A stretch of DNA of 64,000 nucleotides. Origin: Paragordius varius. Its lineage: Eukaryota; Animalia; Nematomorpha. Shown one piece after another: positions 51,592 through 64,000 of this stretch. The notes beneath the pieces were generated by a model. It was not told the origin of the DNA, did no database searches, and saw only the letters and a list, made by a program, of their open reading frames with translations. Position 1 is the first letter of the stretch. Every line of letters starts with the position of its first letter. The stretch is taken from contig OZ176052.1 in the NCBI GenBank assembly GCA_964247055.1, forward strand, positions 3,348,001-3,412,000, read 5' to 3'. The position numbers were made by a program, and so were the translations under genes.

Positions 51592-54229
51592 GGTATACCA
51601 TATAGCTCTCGTTTTTATATTCTTTACCAAATATTAATACACAATTAACGAAAAAAGTAAATATTTGATAAAATAAAGTCTACATGACTGTAAGTAATAT
51701 CAAGTATTTTTGAATAAAATTTTTTATATATAACGGTTTATTAAAGTTATATAAGTGCAAGATTTTGCCATGGCTTCGATTCCTTCCATATTTTTTAAAG
51801 AATTTAATTTTAAACAGGCCTGGGGTATTAACTACCCCAATTTGAATCGAAGGACTAAAATGAATGTGTTGTATCCAAGTGTATCATGCTGAAAAATAGT
51901 AAGAAGTACGCTTCAACAAAAGTTTGCTGAATTTAGTTATTATTTAATTATATTTTTGATGTTAAATAGCTTGTATTTATAATTATTGAGAATTTCCGGC
52001 ATTTTTACGTTTATATTAAATATAACACGTTTTAACATATCAAAAAAATTTGCTTTTGGCCACATCTAAAAATTATAACAATATGCTTTTAATAAGTATA
52101 TATTTTAGTGAAATTTTTCGGAATGTGGCATCTTAAAAAATATCACAAAAAATATGGTCAAATTTTGTCATTTTCTGGTATGGAGCACTTAGCACAAAAG
52201 TGTATATAACTTTCGTATATCATTCGTAAGGGCCAAGAAGCGATAATCCTGATTTTCTATCGAATATATATATTGAGATATTTTTCGGTGAACCCCAATT
52301 TTGTTCATTGTGCTATTGAAATTTGTATAAATAAGCCAAAAATCTTTTGTATTTTAAGGCGAAAACTAAAGCTTCTTTATTTAAATCATATTTATATAAA
52401 CAGACAAGGGGTGTATTTTGCATCATTAAATTTAGGTAATGAACGAATTTCATGTTGACCAAATTTTTAGGTTAAGGTTTATCCATAAAATAAGATATTT
52501 AGTTTTTTGGAGATACTTTTTCTTTATTTCGGTTCACCAATGTTATATAGGTGCAAATTTTGCAATGGTTTTAATTAGCTCTATATTGGAAATATTTAAA
52601 TTTGAGCAGGTCTGGTGCCTCTAAGACCCCAATTTGATACGGAGGCTGAAATAAATGTGTTGTATCCAAGTAATTTTAACAACGAACATTTGAATGTTGT
52701 TTATTTATATATTTAAGATATGGACTTTCCCCAATCGAAAAAAGTAAAGCTAATCGTTTATAAATATAGAATAAATTAAAGTGAGATGTATCCTTTAAAT
52801 AAAATTTATTTCTTTTACAGAGCAGAATGATAAGTTACGAAAATGCACAATCCAAAAAATTGGTAGTAAAAATATCCTGATAATATATATTTATTAAAAA
52901 ATGCATCATTTTTATGGTGCCTTTTGTTTCAGATTAAAGTATGTTTAACACTTTATGACCACTTCACTATATTGGTAAAACGTATTGGGAATAGTTTTAT
53001 ATCACAGAGCTCAATCTTGTAAATAAACTACTGTTTGAAAATTACTTTGTTTAAAATTTAATTATCTACCCTACTTAGAATTATTACAGTTTTGTAACTT
53101 CCAGCTAGAGTCAAAAATTGGGACACTTCCAAAACATTTAACTTAATCCATCAATAAATATTAAGATATTGTAAAATGCAACCTCAAAGTTTTTAATGCT
53201 AATTATATACATTTTTTAACCATAATATGCATTTATGCCTATTGTATTAGCAATTTAAAACGCTTTAAGAAAAAATGGAGAAAGTTTAAGATGATGATTT
53301 TTCACAATTTTACATATTTATGTTTTTATTGTATTTATGCGCCTTAAAGGTTAAAGAAAGCATATTTTTAAATTTGGCCCAATACCTTTTTTACTTTTTA
53401 TGATAATTGAATTTCACATTACTTTGTTAAACTATCCAAATGTTAGAAAGTTATCGACTTTTTTGATATTTGCTCCATATCAAAAAATCGTAATATTTGA
53501 CACGTCATGCTAACATTACCAAAAGGACAACATTATTATATACAATTTTTGATATTTAGATATGGGCTTTTTTTACACTTTTGTGGTAACTGTTGCATAG
53601 TAAATGGCAGAATTTACCCACAATTTGTTAAATAAAAGTTTTTTGGAAGCTAAATATTCCAAATAAAAAACTAGATTTTTAATTTTTTTAATGTGAGTAG
53701 AAAGCCCACATTATGTAGTAGTGTTTTTAAAAAAAGGCAAAAATGCCGTGTATGTACTTAAATATTTTAACCATATGCTAAATATTGATATCAAAATAAT
53801 TTTTCTAGAAAACATATTTTGCTTAAACATATTTATAGCAAAATTTTGGTGAAGGCACTTTGATGGTATTCCGAAATATAGTGGCAAACGGTAAAAAATG
53901 TTTTGGATATTAATAACTTTTTATATATTTTATGATGCTGAACACTTCTATTATCTCACAATTTAATTTAAATGTGTTTGCCTTTAAATTTGTGTTAATT
54001 TTTGTAAAACAAAACAATTTATATTTCAAACAAATTAATATTAAAATCAATTTTATGAAGTAAAAGAAATGTTCAGCATTTTCAAATATATATAAAGTAT
54101 GATATTTCATGATTTATACCGTTTATGTCATGCTCAAAAGATCACGAAGTATAAGCCTCAAAATTTTTTGTTAACAATTAGATCTTAATAAACAAAATAT
54201 GCCTTTTTTTAAAAATATATAATTTACCT

Positions 54230-54523
54230 CAGGTGTGGCCAATACACGGCCCGCCGAGACTTTATATGCGGCCCACGAAAAATCTGGATATATAATTTGT
54301 AAAAATATACTCATAAAATCTTAGTAAAATCAACACTTTAAACTAATTTCTTATTTTCTAATTTTCTATTCAATTGGCAAGAGCTAGAAAAATTGTTATA
54401 TTTGCTTACATTTTACAGTCTTATGTTTGAAATCTAATAAATTATATATTAATGACCATATATTTATTTCTCGGTCAGCCGTTTTTAGAGAAAATGCCAC
54501 GCGAAACCATTTATGGTGCCCTG
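54230..54523. mobile_element. Degenerate hAT-type MITE
   Basis: Starts CAGGTGTGGCCAATACACGGCCCG and ends CGCGAAACCATTTATGGTGCCCTG; similar to 17858-18108. Confidence 0.55.
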
Positions 54524-56799
54524 ATCTAACATATAATAATAAATTTTATCGCTAAATCTCAAATTTTTTAGTTGTTTTTAAAGTGATGCATATTTTATGA
54601 TAACATAATTTTATAATTTGTTATTATTTTTAAAAAAATTAATATGCTGACCTCTTTTAAACTTATCCGATTGAAATGGAATTACCATGTTGACAATTTG
54701 TTGAAAACCTATACTTTAAAAATTGACACATATATAATTATATAGAGATATCTTTTATCTATAGATTAAAAACATTAACTTCATTAATTAATAAATAACT
54801 TCCAGCATATTTTTGGAAGAAATGACGATAATCCAGGTTATGACTTCACATAATTACTTCTAAAAATCAAGTATCTCTTTGAATTTTGCATAAACAAAAC
54901 CATTAGAGCGTCCATAATCAATGGCCCATAACGCAAAAAAATGAGTTACAGTATATTCAACGGGACTAAAAAGCGTCCCACGTTAGCATGAAACTCTCAA
55001 ACTTTCTGGCCACAATTTAGCAAAAATATTGTAATTTTATGATGTAAGGTTACATTAGAGGTACATATTGCGGTTAAGATAATATATGCATGAATTCAGT
55101 GCTAATTAGATAAAAAAAACAAGAACTCGCTATTCGATATAATGTGACACTTATTTCAACATATTGATGATATTGTTTTATTATTGTAATAAGAATGTTG
55201 CATGAAAATCAATTGATTAAAATTAGGAACCAAAATGAAACCGGTAGAAACCACCCCAATTTTATTTGAAATCTTAGGAACCAGGCCGGTTCCGGTACCA
55301 TTTTTTTGTCCCGGTTCGAAGCCCTGAATTAAATTAAAAAATTTTATGGAAAACTATTTAATAGATTTTTAATAACTATTTGAATGCCGATCCAACTGAA
55401 ATAGGTATGTTTACCCTGTTAGCTGTTAATGATCAGAGAAGTGCATTTATTATTTGAAAATAAAAATAGCTTAAAAAATTATTATAGTTTTAAAATTATG
55501 AGATATTGTCTTATGGTACTTTAATTAATAATCATATCTATTGTATATTTCAATTAAAACTAGAATAGTTTTTTTGGAAATGGTTTAAGGTTACTCATCA
55601 AGGAATATATGAATGAAAAATAAATGGGTACGCATTACATTGCTTTTTAAATTGCTTTAGCCTGTTTTTTAACCGATATGCATTAAGAATGTCAAATTTA
55701 ATCATCCATTTTATTTTTGGCTAACGATGTAATAACATTTTTTATATTCATCTTTTGTTGCACAAAAAATTAAATTAATATATCAAAATTTATACAACAA
55801 AATATGAAAGGAGAGCATAATAACTTCGACACTACTTTTTATTAAAACTTAACATATTATATTGGTTAGTCAACAATTATTATTACAATGTTGTAATCAT
55901 CGTTATTTACAAACTGTTTTTAGTGTACTCATTTATCTTCTAAATGTAAATCAACAAAAATTATACTGGAAAACGCGTCTATTAGCGGTGATGGTTATAT
56001 TCAGATGATGTATGGGACAATGCAAATAACTAATACAAGGTAGTTATATCTAGTTTATATGAGAGAGTTTCTATAGTCAAATTTCATATCCGCTAAAATA
56101 ATATGCCTTAATATGGGCTCATTTTTTTATACTCACTAAAATATATTCTAAATTGATTTTAAATAAATTGTGTTTTCTATAATTGCCATCCGATATCATA
56201 TTTTTAAATGGATGGATCTTTGTTATATTTATTTATATAATTATGTTGCAAAATATGTTAATGGTTTACAATAATAATAGAACTTTATTTTATATAAAAT
56301 CATGCAGTTTTTGATTGATTTTCATTGCTTATATTATAATAACCAAAAATGATTGAATTTTTTTTAATTTTTAGAAATTTGTAACAAGGTTATAAACAAA
56401 TAAATGAGAAGTTGCAGATATTGTATAAATATTTGTTTGTGATACCGAATTTTTAAGATATTATAAATGGATTTAATAAAATAGGATAGCCCAAATGTCA
56501 GAAATTAATATTTTATAGTTTTTATAATAAAAATGAAAAGGCATTCCGAGAAACAATACTGTTTGTCAACATAAATGTAAATTATTTTTAAATATACTAA
56601 GTTGTATCTATAAAACTTGTAACACCTAAATTTATTTTTCTATTAATTTTGTAATGTAGCATCTATCTGTATGTAAAATGTTATTTATTGAAAATGTTAT
56701 TTCAAGTGTGCGATTTAACCAACGAATTAAGATAAAATAAAGTGGAAAGAAACTCTAAAAACGGGTGAATTGGAAGGAGAAGGTATCTTGAGATAAGGT

Positions 56800-59700
56800 T
56801 AATGGAAAGAAGAAAATTAGAAAAGAAAAATTTGAAATTTTAAGAAAGGGTAAAGTGGACATAAGGGTGAAACTTTAGAAAAGGATGAGGGGTAAATTCA
56901 GATTTAAACGGATGAAGGGGAAATGAAGAAGGGTGAATCATTGTTAGAAACGGAAGAACTGGTAATGAAGAAGGGTGATAATGAACGGATCAAGTGGATA
57001 GAAGTAGGGTGAACCATTAGAAGAAACGGATGAAATGGATACGAAGAAGGGTGAAACGTTAGAAGAAACGGATGAAGTGGATATGTAGAAGGGCGAAACT
57101 TTAGAAGAAACGGATGAAGTGGATATGAAAAAGGGTGAAACGTTAGAAAAGGATGAACTGGATATGAAGAAGGGTTAAACTTTAGAAGAAAAGGAAGAAA
57201 TGGATATGAAGAAGGGTGAAACTTTAGAAGAATCGGAGGAAGTGATACGAATAAGGGTGAAAGCTTTGAAGAATCGGAGGAAAGGGATAATAAGAAGGGT
57301 TAAACTTTAGAAGAAACGGAGGAAGTGGATATGAAGTAGGGAGAAACTTTAGAATAAAAGGATGAACTGAATATAAAGAAGGGTGAATCTTTAAAAGAAA
57401 CGGATGAAGTGGATATGAAGAAGGGTTAAACTTTAGAAGAAACGGAGAAAGTGGATATGAAAAAGGGTGAAACTTTAGAAAAGGAGGAAGTGGATATGAA
57501 AAAGGGTGAAACTTTAGAAAAGGAGGAAGTGGATATGAAGAAGGGTTAAACTTTAGAAGAAAAGAAAGAAGTGGATATGAAGAGGGTTTACTTTAGAAGA
57601 AACGGATGAAGTGGATATGTAGAAGGGTGAAACTTTAGAAGAAACGGATGAAGTGGATATGAAAAAGGGTGAAACTTTAGAAAAGGAGGAAGTGGATATG
57701 AAGAAGGGTTAAACTTTAGAAGAAAAGGAAGAAGTGGATATGAAGAGGGTTTACTTTAGAAGAAACGGATGAAGTGGATATGAAGGGTGAAACTTTAGAA
57801 GAAACGGATGAAGTGGATATGAAAAAGGGTGAAACGTTAGAAAAGGATGAAGTGGATATGAAGAAGGGTTAAACTTTAGAAGAAAAGGAAGAAGTGGATA
57901 TGAAGAGGGACTTTAGAAGAAACGGATGAAGTGGATATGTAGAAGGGTGAAACTTTAGAAGAAACGGATGAAGTGGATATGAAAAAGGGTGAAACTTTAG
58001 AAAAGGATGAAGTGGATATGAAGAAGGGTTAAACTTTAGAAGAAAAGGAAGAAGTGGATATGAAGAGGGTTTACTTTAGAAGAAACGGATGAAGTGGATA
58101 TGTAGAAGGGTGAAACTTTAGAAGAAACGGATGAAGTGGATATGAAAAAGCGTGAAACTTTAGAAAATGATGAAGTGGATATGAAGAAGGATTAAACTTT
58201 AGAAGAAATGGATGAATTGGATATGAAGAAGGGTTAAACTTTAGAAGAAAAGGATGAAGTGGATATGAAGCAGGGTTAAACTTTAGAAGAAAAGGAAGAA
58301 GTGGATATGAAGAAGGGTGAAACTTTAGAAAAAAACGATGAAATGGATATAAAGAAGGGTGAAACTTTAGAAGAAACGGATAAAGTGGATATGAAAAAGG
58401 GTGAAACTTTAGAAAAGGAGGAGGTGGATATGAAAAAGGGTGAAACTTTAGAAAAGGAGGAAGTGGATATGAAGAAGGGTTAAACTTTAGAAGAAAAGGA
58501 AGAAGTGGATATGAAGAGGGTTTACTTTAGAAGAAACGGATGAAGTGGATATGTAGAAGGGTGAAACTTTAGAAGAAACGGATGAAGTGGATATGAAAAA
58601 GGGTGAAACTTTAGAAAAGGAGGAAGTGGATATGAAGAAGGGTGAAACTTTAGAAGAAACGGATGAAATGGATATGAAAAAGGGTGAAACTTTAGAAGAA
58701 ACGGATGAAGTGGATATGAACAAGGGTGAAACTTTAGAAAAAGATGAAGTGGACATGAAGAAGGGTTAAACTTTAGAAGAAAAGGAAGAAGTGGATATGA
58801 AAAAGGGTGAAACTTTAGAAGAAATGGTGAAGTGGATATGAAGAAGGGTGAAAATTTTGAAGAAACGGATGAAATGGATATGAAGAAGGGTGAAATCTTA
58901 TAAGAAACGGATGAAATGGAGATGAAGAAGGGTGAAACTTTAGAAAAAAACGATGAAATGGATATGAAGCAGGGTTAAACTTTAGAAGAAAAGGAAGAAG
59001 TGGATACGAATAAGGGTGAAAGCTTTGAAGAATCGGAGGAAAGGGATATTAAGAAGGGTGAAACATTAGAAGAAACGGATGAAGTGGATATGAAAAAGAG
59101 TGAAACTTTAGAAAAGGATGAAGTGGATATGAAAAAGGGTGAAACTTTAGAAAAAACGGATGAAGTGGATATGAAGAAGGGTTAAACTTTAGAAGAAAAG
59201 GAAGAAGTGGATATGAAGAGTGTTTACTTTAGAAGAAACGGATGAAGTGGATATGTAGAAGGGTGAAACTTTAGAAGAAACGGATGAAGTGGATATGAAA
59301 AAGGGTGAAACTTTAGAAGAAAAGGATGAAGTGGATATGAAGCAGGGTTAAACTTTAGAAGAAAAGGATGAAGTGGATATGAAGAAGGGTGAAAATTTCG
59401 AAGAAACGGATGAAATGGATGTGAAGAAGGGTGAAATCTTATAAGAAACGGATGAAATGGAGATGAAGAAGGGTGAAACTTTAGAAAAAAACGATGAAAT
59501 GGATATGAAGAAGGGTGAAACTTTAGAGGAAACGGAGGAAGTGGATATGAAAAAGGGTTAAACTTTAGAAGAAACGGATGAAGTGGATATGAAGAAGGGT
59601 GAAACATTAGAAGAAACGGATGAAGTGGATATGAAAAAGAGTGAAACTTTAGAAAAGGATGAAGTGGAAAATGAAGAAGGGTTAAACTTTAGAAGAAAAG

Positions 59701-62700
59701 GAAGAAGTGGATATGAAGAAGGGTTTACTTTAGAAGAAACGGATGAAGTGGATATGAAAAAGGGTGAAACTTTAAGAGAAACGGATGAAGTGGATATGAA
59801 GAAGGGTTAAACATTAGAAGAAAAGGAAGAAGTGGATATGAAGAGGGTTTACTTTAGAAGAAACGGATGAAGTGGATATGAAGAAGGGTTTACTTAAGAA
59901 GAAACGGATGAAGTGGATATGAACAAGGGTGAAACTTTAGAAAAAGATGAAGTGAATATGAAGAAGGGTTGAACTTTAGAAGAAAAGGAAGAAGTGGATA
60001 TGAAAAAGGGTGAAACTTTAGAAGAAACGGATGAAGTGATGAAGAAGGGTTAAACTTTAGAAGAAAAGGAAGAAGTGGATATGAAGAGGGTTTACTTTAG
60101 AAGAAACGGATGAAGTGGATATGAAGAAGGGTTTACTTAAGAAGAAACGGATGAAGTGGATATGAACAAGGGTGAAACTTTAGAAAAAGATGAAGTGAAT
60201 ATGAAGAAGGGTTGAACTTTAGAAGAAAAGGAAGAAGTGGATATGAAAAAGGGTGAAACTTTAGAAGAAACGGATGAAGTGGATATGAAGAAGGGTGAAA
60301 CTTTAGAAGAAACGGATGAAGTGGATATGAAGAAGGGTGAAACTTTAGAAGAAACGGATGAAGTGGATATGAACAAGGGTGAAACTTTAGAAAAAGATGA
60401 AGTGAATATGAAGAAGGGTTGAACTTTAGAAGAAAAGGTAGAAGTGGAAATGAAAAAGGGTGAAACTTTAGAAGAAACGGATGAAGTGGATATGAAGAAG
60501 GGTTAAACTTTAGAAGAAAAGGAAGAAGTGGATATGAAGAGGGTTTACTTTAGAAGAAACGGATGAAGTGGATATGAAAAAGGGTGAAACTTTAGAAGAA
60601 ACGGATGAAGTGGATATAAAAAAGGGTGAAACTTTAGAAAAGGAAGAAGTGGATATGAAGAAGGGTTAAACTTTAGAAGAAAAGGAAGAAGTGGATATGA
60701 AAAAGGGTGAAACTTTAGAAGAAACGGATGAAGTGGATATGAAGAAAGGTTAAACTTTAGAAGAAACGGATGAAGTGGATATGAAAAAGGGTGAAACGTT
60801 AGAAAAGGATGAAGTGGATATGAAGAAGGGTTAAACTTTAGAAGAAAAGGAAGAAGTGGATATGAAGAGGGACTTTAGAAGAAACGGATGAAGTGGATAT
60901 GTAGAAGGGTGAAACTTTAGAAGAAACGGATGAAGTGGATATGAAAAAGGGTGAAACTTTAGAAAAGGATGAAGTGGATATGAAGAAGGGTTAAACTTTA
61001 GAAGAAAAGGAAGAAGTGGATATGAAGAGGGTTTACTTTAGAAGAAACGGATGAAGTGGATATGTAGAAGGGTGAAACTTTAGAAGAAACGGATGAAGTG
61101 GATATGAAAAAGCGTGAAACTTTAGAAAAGGATGAAGTGGATATGAAGAAGGATTAAACTTTAGAAGAAATGGATGAATTGGATATGAAGAAGGGTTAAA
61201 CTTTAGAAGAAAAGGATGAAGTGGATATGAAGCAGGGTTAAACTTTAGAAGAAAAGGAAGAAGTGGATATGAAGAAGGTGAAAATTTTGAAGAAACGGAT
61301 GAAATGGATATGAAGAAGGGTGAAACCTTATAAGAAACGGATGAAATGGAGATGAAGAAGGGTGAAACTTTAGAAAAAAACGATGAAATGGATATAAAGA
61401 AGGGTGAAACTTTAGAAGAAACGGATGAAGTGGATATGAAGAAGGGTGAAACTTTAGAAGAAACGGATGAAGTGGATATGAAGAAGGGTGAAACTTTAGA
61501 AGAAACGGATGAAATGGATATGAAAAAGGGTGAAACTTTAGAAGAAACGGATGAAGTGGATATGAACAAGGGTGAAACTTTAGAAAAAGATGAAGTGGAC
61601 ATGAAGAAGGGTTAAACTTTAGAAGAAAAGGAAGAAATGGATATGAAGAAGGGTGAAACTTTAGAAGAATCGGAGGAAGTGATACGAATAAGGGTGAAAG
61701 CTTTGAAGAATCGGAGGAAAGGGATAATAAGAAGGGTTAAACTTTAGAAGAAACGGAGGAAGTGGATATGAAGTAGGGAGAAACTTTAGAAGAAAAGGAT
61801 GAACTGAATATAAAGAAGGGTGAATCTTTAAAAGAAACGGATGAAGTGGATATGAAGAAGGGTTAAACTTTAGAAGAAACGGATAAAGTGGATATGAAAA
61901 AGGGTGAAACTTTAGAAAAGGAGGAAGTGGATATGAAAAAGGGTGAAACTTTAGAAAAGGAGGAAGTGGATATGAAGAAGGGTTAAACTTTAGAAGAAAA
62001 GGAAGAAGTGGATATGAAGAGGGTTTACTTTAGAAGAAACGGATGAAGTGGATACGTAGAAGGGTGAAACTTTAGAAGAAACGGATGAAGTGGATATGAA
62101 AAAGGGTGAAACTTTAGAAAAGGAGGAAGTGGATATGAAGAAGGGTTAAACTTTAGAAGAAAAGGAAGAAGTGGATATGAAGAGGGTTTACTTTAGAAGA
62201 AACGGATGAAGTGGATATGAAGGGTGAAACTTTAGAAGAAACGGATGAAGTGGATATGAAAAAGGGTGAAACGTTAGAAAAGGATGAAGTGGATATGAAG
62301 AAGGGTTAAACTTTAGAAGAAAAGGAAGAAGTGGATATGAAGAAGGGTTAAACTTTAGAAGAAACGGATGAAGTGGATATGTAGAAGGGTGAAACTTTAG
62401 AAGAAACGGATGAAGTGGATATGTAGAAGGGTGAAACTTTAGAAGAAACGGATGAAGTGGATATGAAAAAGGGTGAAACTTTAGAAAAGGATGAAGTGGA
62501 TATGAAGAAGGGTTAAACTTTAGAAGAAAAGGAAGAAGTGGATATGAAGAGGGTTTACTTTAGAAGAAACGGATGAAGTGGATATGTAGAAGGGTGAAAC
62601 TTTAGAAGAAACGGATGAAGTGGATATGAAGAAGGATTAAACTTTAGAAGAAATGGATGAATTGGATATGAAGAAGGGTTAAACTTTAGAAGAAAAGGAT

Positions 62701-64000
62701 GAAGTGGATATGAAGCAGGGTTAAACTTTAGAAGAAAAGGAAGAAGTGGATATGAAGAAGGTGAAAATTTTGAAGAAACGGATGAAATGGATATGAAGAA
62801 GGGTGAAACCTTATAAGAAACGGATGAAATGGAGATGAAGAAGGGTGAAACTTTAGAAAAAAACGATGAAATGGATATAAAGAAGGGTGAAACTTTAGAA
62901 GAAACGGATGAAGTGGATATGAAGAAGGGTGAAACTTTAGAAGAAACGGATGAAATGGATATGAAAAAGGGTGAAACTTTAGAAGAAACGGATGAAGTGG
63001 ATATGAACAAGGGTGAAACTTTAGAAAAAGATGAAGTGGACATGAAGAAGGGTTATACTTTAGAAGAAAAGGAAGAAGTGGATATGAAAAAGGGTGAAAC
63101 TTTAGAAGAAATGGTGAAGTGGATATGAAGAAGGGTGAAAATTTTGAAGAAACGGATGAAATGGATATGAAGAAGGGTGAAATCTTATAAGAAACGGATG
63201 AAATGGAGATGAAGAAGGGTGAAACTTTAGAAAAAAACGATGAAATGGATATGAAGAAGGGTGAAACTTTAGAAGAATCGGAGGAAGTGGATACGAATAA
63301 GGGTGAAAGCTTTGAAGAATCGGAGGAAAGGGATATTAAGAAGGGTGAAACATTAGAAGAAACGGATGAAGTGGATATGAAAAAGAGTGAAACTTTAGAA
63401 AAGGATGAAGTGGATATGAAAAAGGGTGAAACTTTAGAAAAAACGGATGAAGTGGATATGAAGAAGGGTTAAACTTTAGAAGAAAAGGAAGAAGTGGATA
63501 TGAAGAGTGTTTACTTTAGAAGAAACGGATGAAGTGGATATGTAGAAGGGTGAAACTTTAGAAGAAACGGATGAAGTGGATATGAAAAAGGGTGAAACTT
63601 TAGAAGAAAAGGATGAAGTGGATATGAAGCAGGGTTAAACTTTAGAAGAAAAGGATGAAGTGGATATGAAGAAGGGTGAAAATTTTGAAGAAACGGATGA
63701 AATGGATGTGAAGAAGGGTGAAATCTTATAAGAAACGGATGAAATGGAGATGAAGAAGGGTGAAACTTTAGAAAAAAACGATGAAATGGATATGAAGAAG
63801 GGTGAAACTTTAGAGGAAACGGAGGAAGTGGATATGAAAAAGGGTTAAACTTTAGAAGAAACGGAGGAAGTGGATATGAAGAAGGGTGAAACATTAGAAG
63901 AAACGGATGAAGTGGATATGAAAAAGAGTGAAACTTTAGAAAAGGATGAAGTGGAAAATGAAGAAGGGTTAAACTTTAGAAGAAAAGGAAGAAGTGGATA
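56800..64000. repeat. Purine-rich satellite with a 39-42 bp monomer and ~4.3-4.4 kb higher-order repeat; truncated by the window end
   Basis: Consensus GAAACTTTAGAAGAAACGGATGAAGTGGATATGAAGAAGGGT (42 bp, 32/42 purine) with 39- and 40-bp variants. The left edge decays gradually. The rare variant AGCTTTGAAGAATCGGAGGAAAGGGA occurs at 57262, 59021, 61699 and 63308. Confidence 0.97.

Larger units (their letters stand above)
46433..51690. mobile_element. Long-TIR DNA transposon derivative with a TA target duplication (Tc1/mariner-like)
   Basis: TA|CAGTCATGTAGAC...GTCTACATGACTG|TA. The TIRs are at least 150 bp (46433 to about 46590, versus 48075-48137 plus 51600-51690, the latter split by a hAT). 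No transposase is recognised inside. Confidence 0.82.
46039..51881. mobile_element. piggyBac-like MITE interrupted by a 5.26-kb insertion
   Basis: Segments 46039-46432 and 51691-51881 rejoin as TTCATTAAAATA-AGTAATATCAAG, matching the reverse complement of the uninterrupted copies. Confidence 0.8.

Noticed and set aside
58301-63894. Many 60-189 aa ORFs on both strands in the satellite (MDMKKGETLEE..., MFHPSSYPLHPFLLK...)
   Set aside because: They are translations of tandem repeat units, broken by recurrent stops and 40-bp frameshifting monomers; there is no gene structure.
57000-64000. Alternative genetic code (TAA=Glu, TAG=Lys) that would open the satellite frame
   Set aside because: Frameshifting monomers would still break it, the real genes here end in TAA or TGA, and none has an in-frame TAA or TAG in its conserved coding exons.
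1-64000. Assigning the species (for example a dicyemid, because of the intron size)
   Set aside because: Micro-introns fit dicyemids, but kilobase TE-filled introns and low gene density do not obviously fit. A BLAST or phylogeny of PDK, ADAM10 and TRPC is needed.
1-64000. tRNA, rRNA or snRNA genes
   Set aside because: None recognised by eye; tRNAscan-SE and Infernal were not run, so small ncRNAs cannot be excluded.

Overview
Very AT-rich animal genomic DNA; the species cannot be named from the sequence. By manual splicing I reconstruct three multi-exon host genes: ADAM10/Kuzbanian (+, 2505-16584, about 1,700 aa with a roughly 670-aa cytoplasmic tail), pyruvate dehydrogenase kinase (-, 19161-25344) and a TRPC channel (+, 28100-39262). 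A fourth gene (-, 40601-41568, possibly to 41829) is an intact IS630/Tc1-like transposase ORF that has lost two of three catalytic residues and has no visible TIRs, so it looks domesticated. The most striking signal is six GT-AG micro-introns of only 22-25 nt, five at gene 5' ends and none a multiple of 3. They coexist in the same genes with introns of hundreds of bp to 4 kb. Introns and the 42-52 kb region are filled with nested DNA transposons (Mos1-like mariner, hATs, piggyBac-like MITEs, Helitrons, foldback-like elements). The last ~7.2 kb is a purine-rich 39-42 bp satellite with a ~4.3-4.4 kb higher-order period that runs off the window end. All exon coordinates were derived by hand and have no transcript support.
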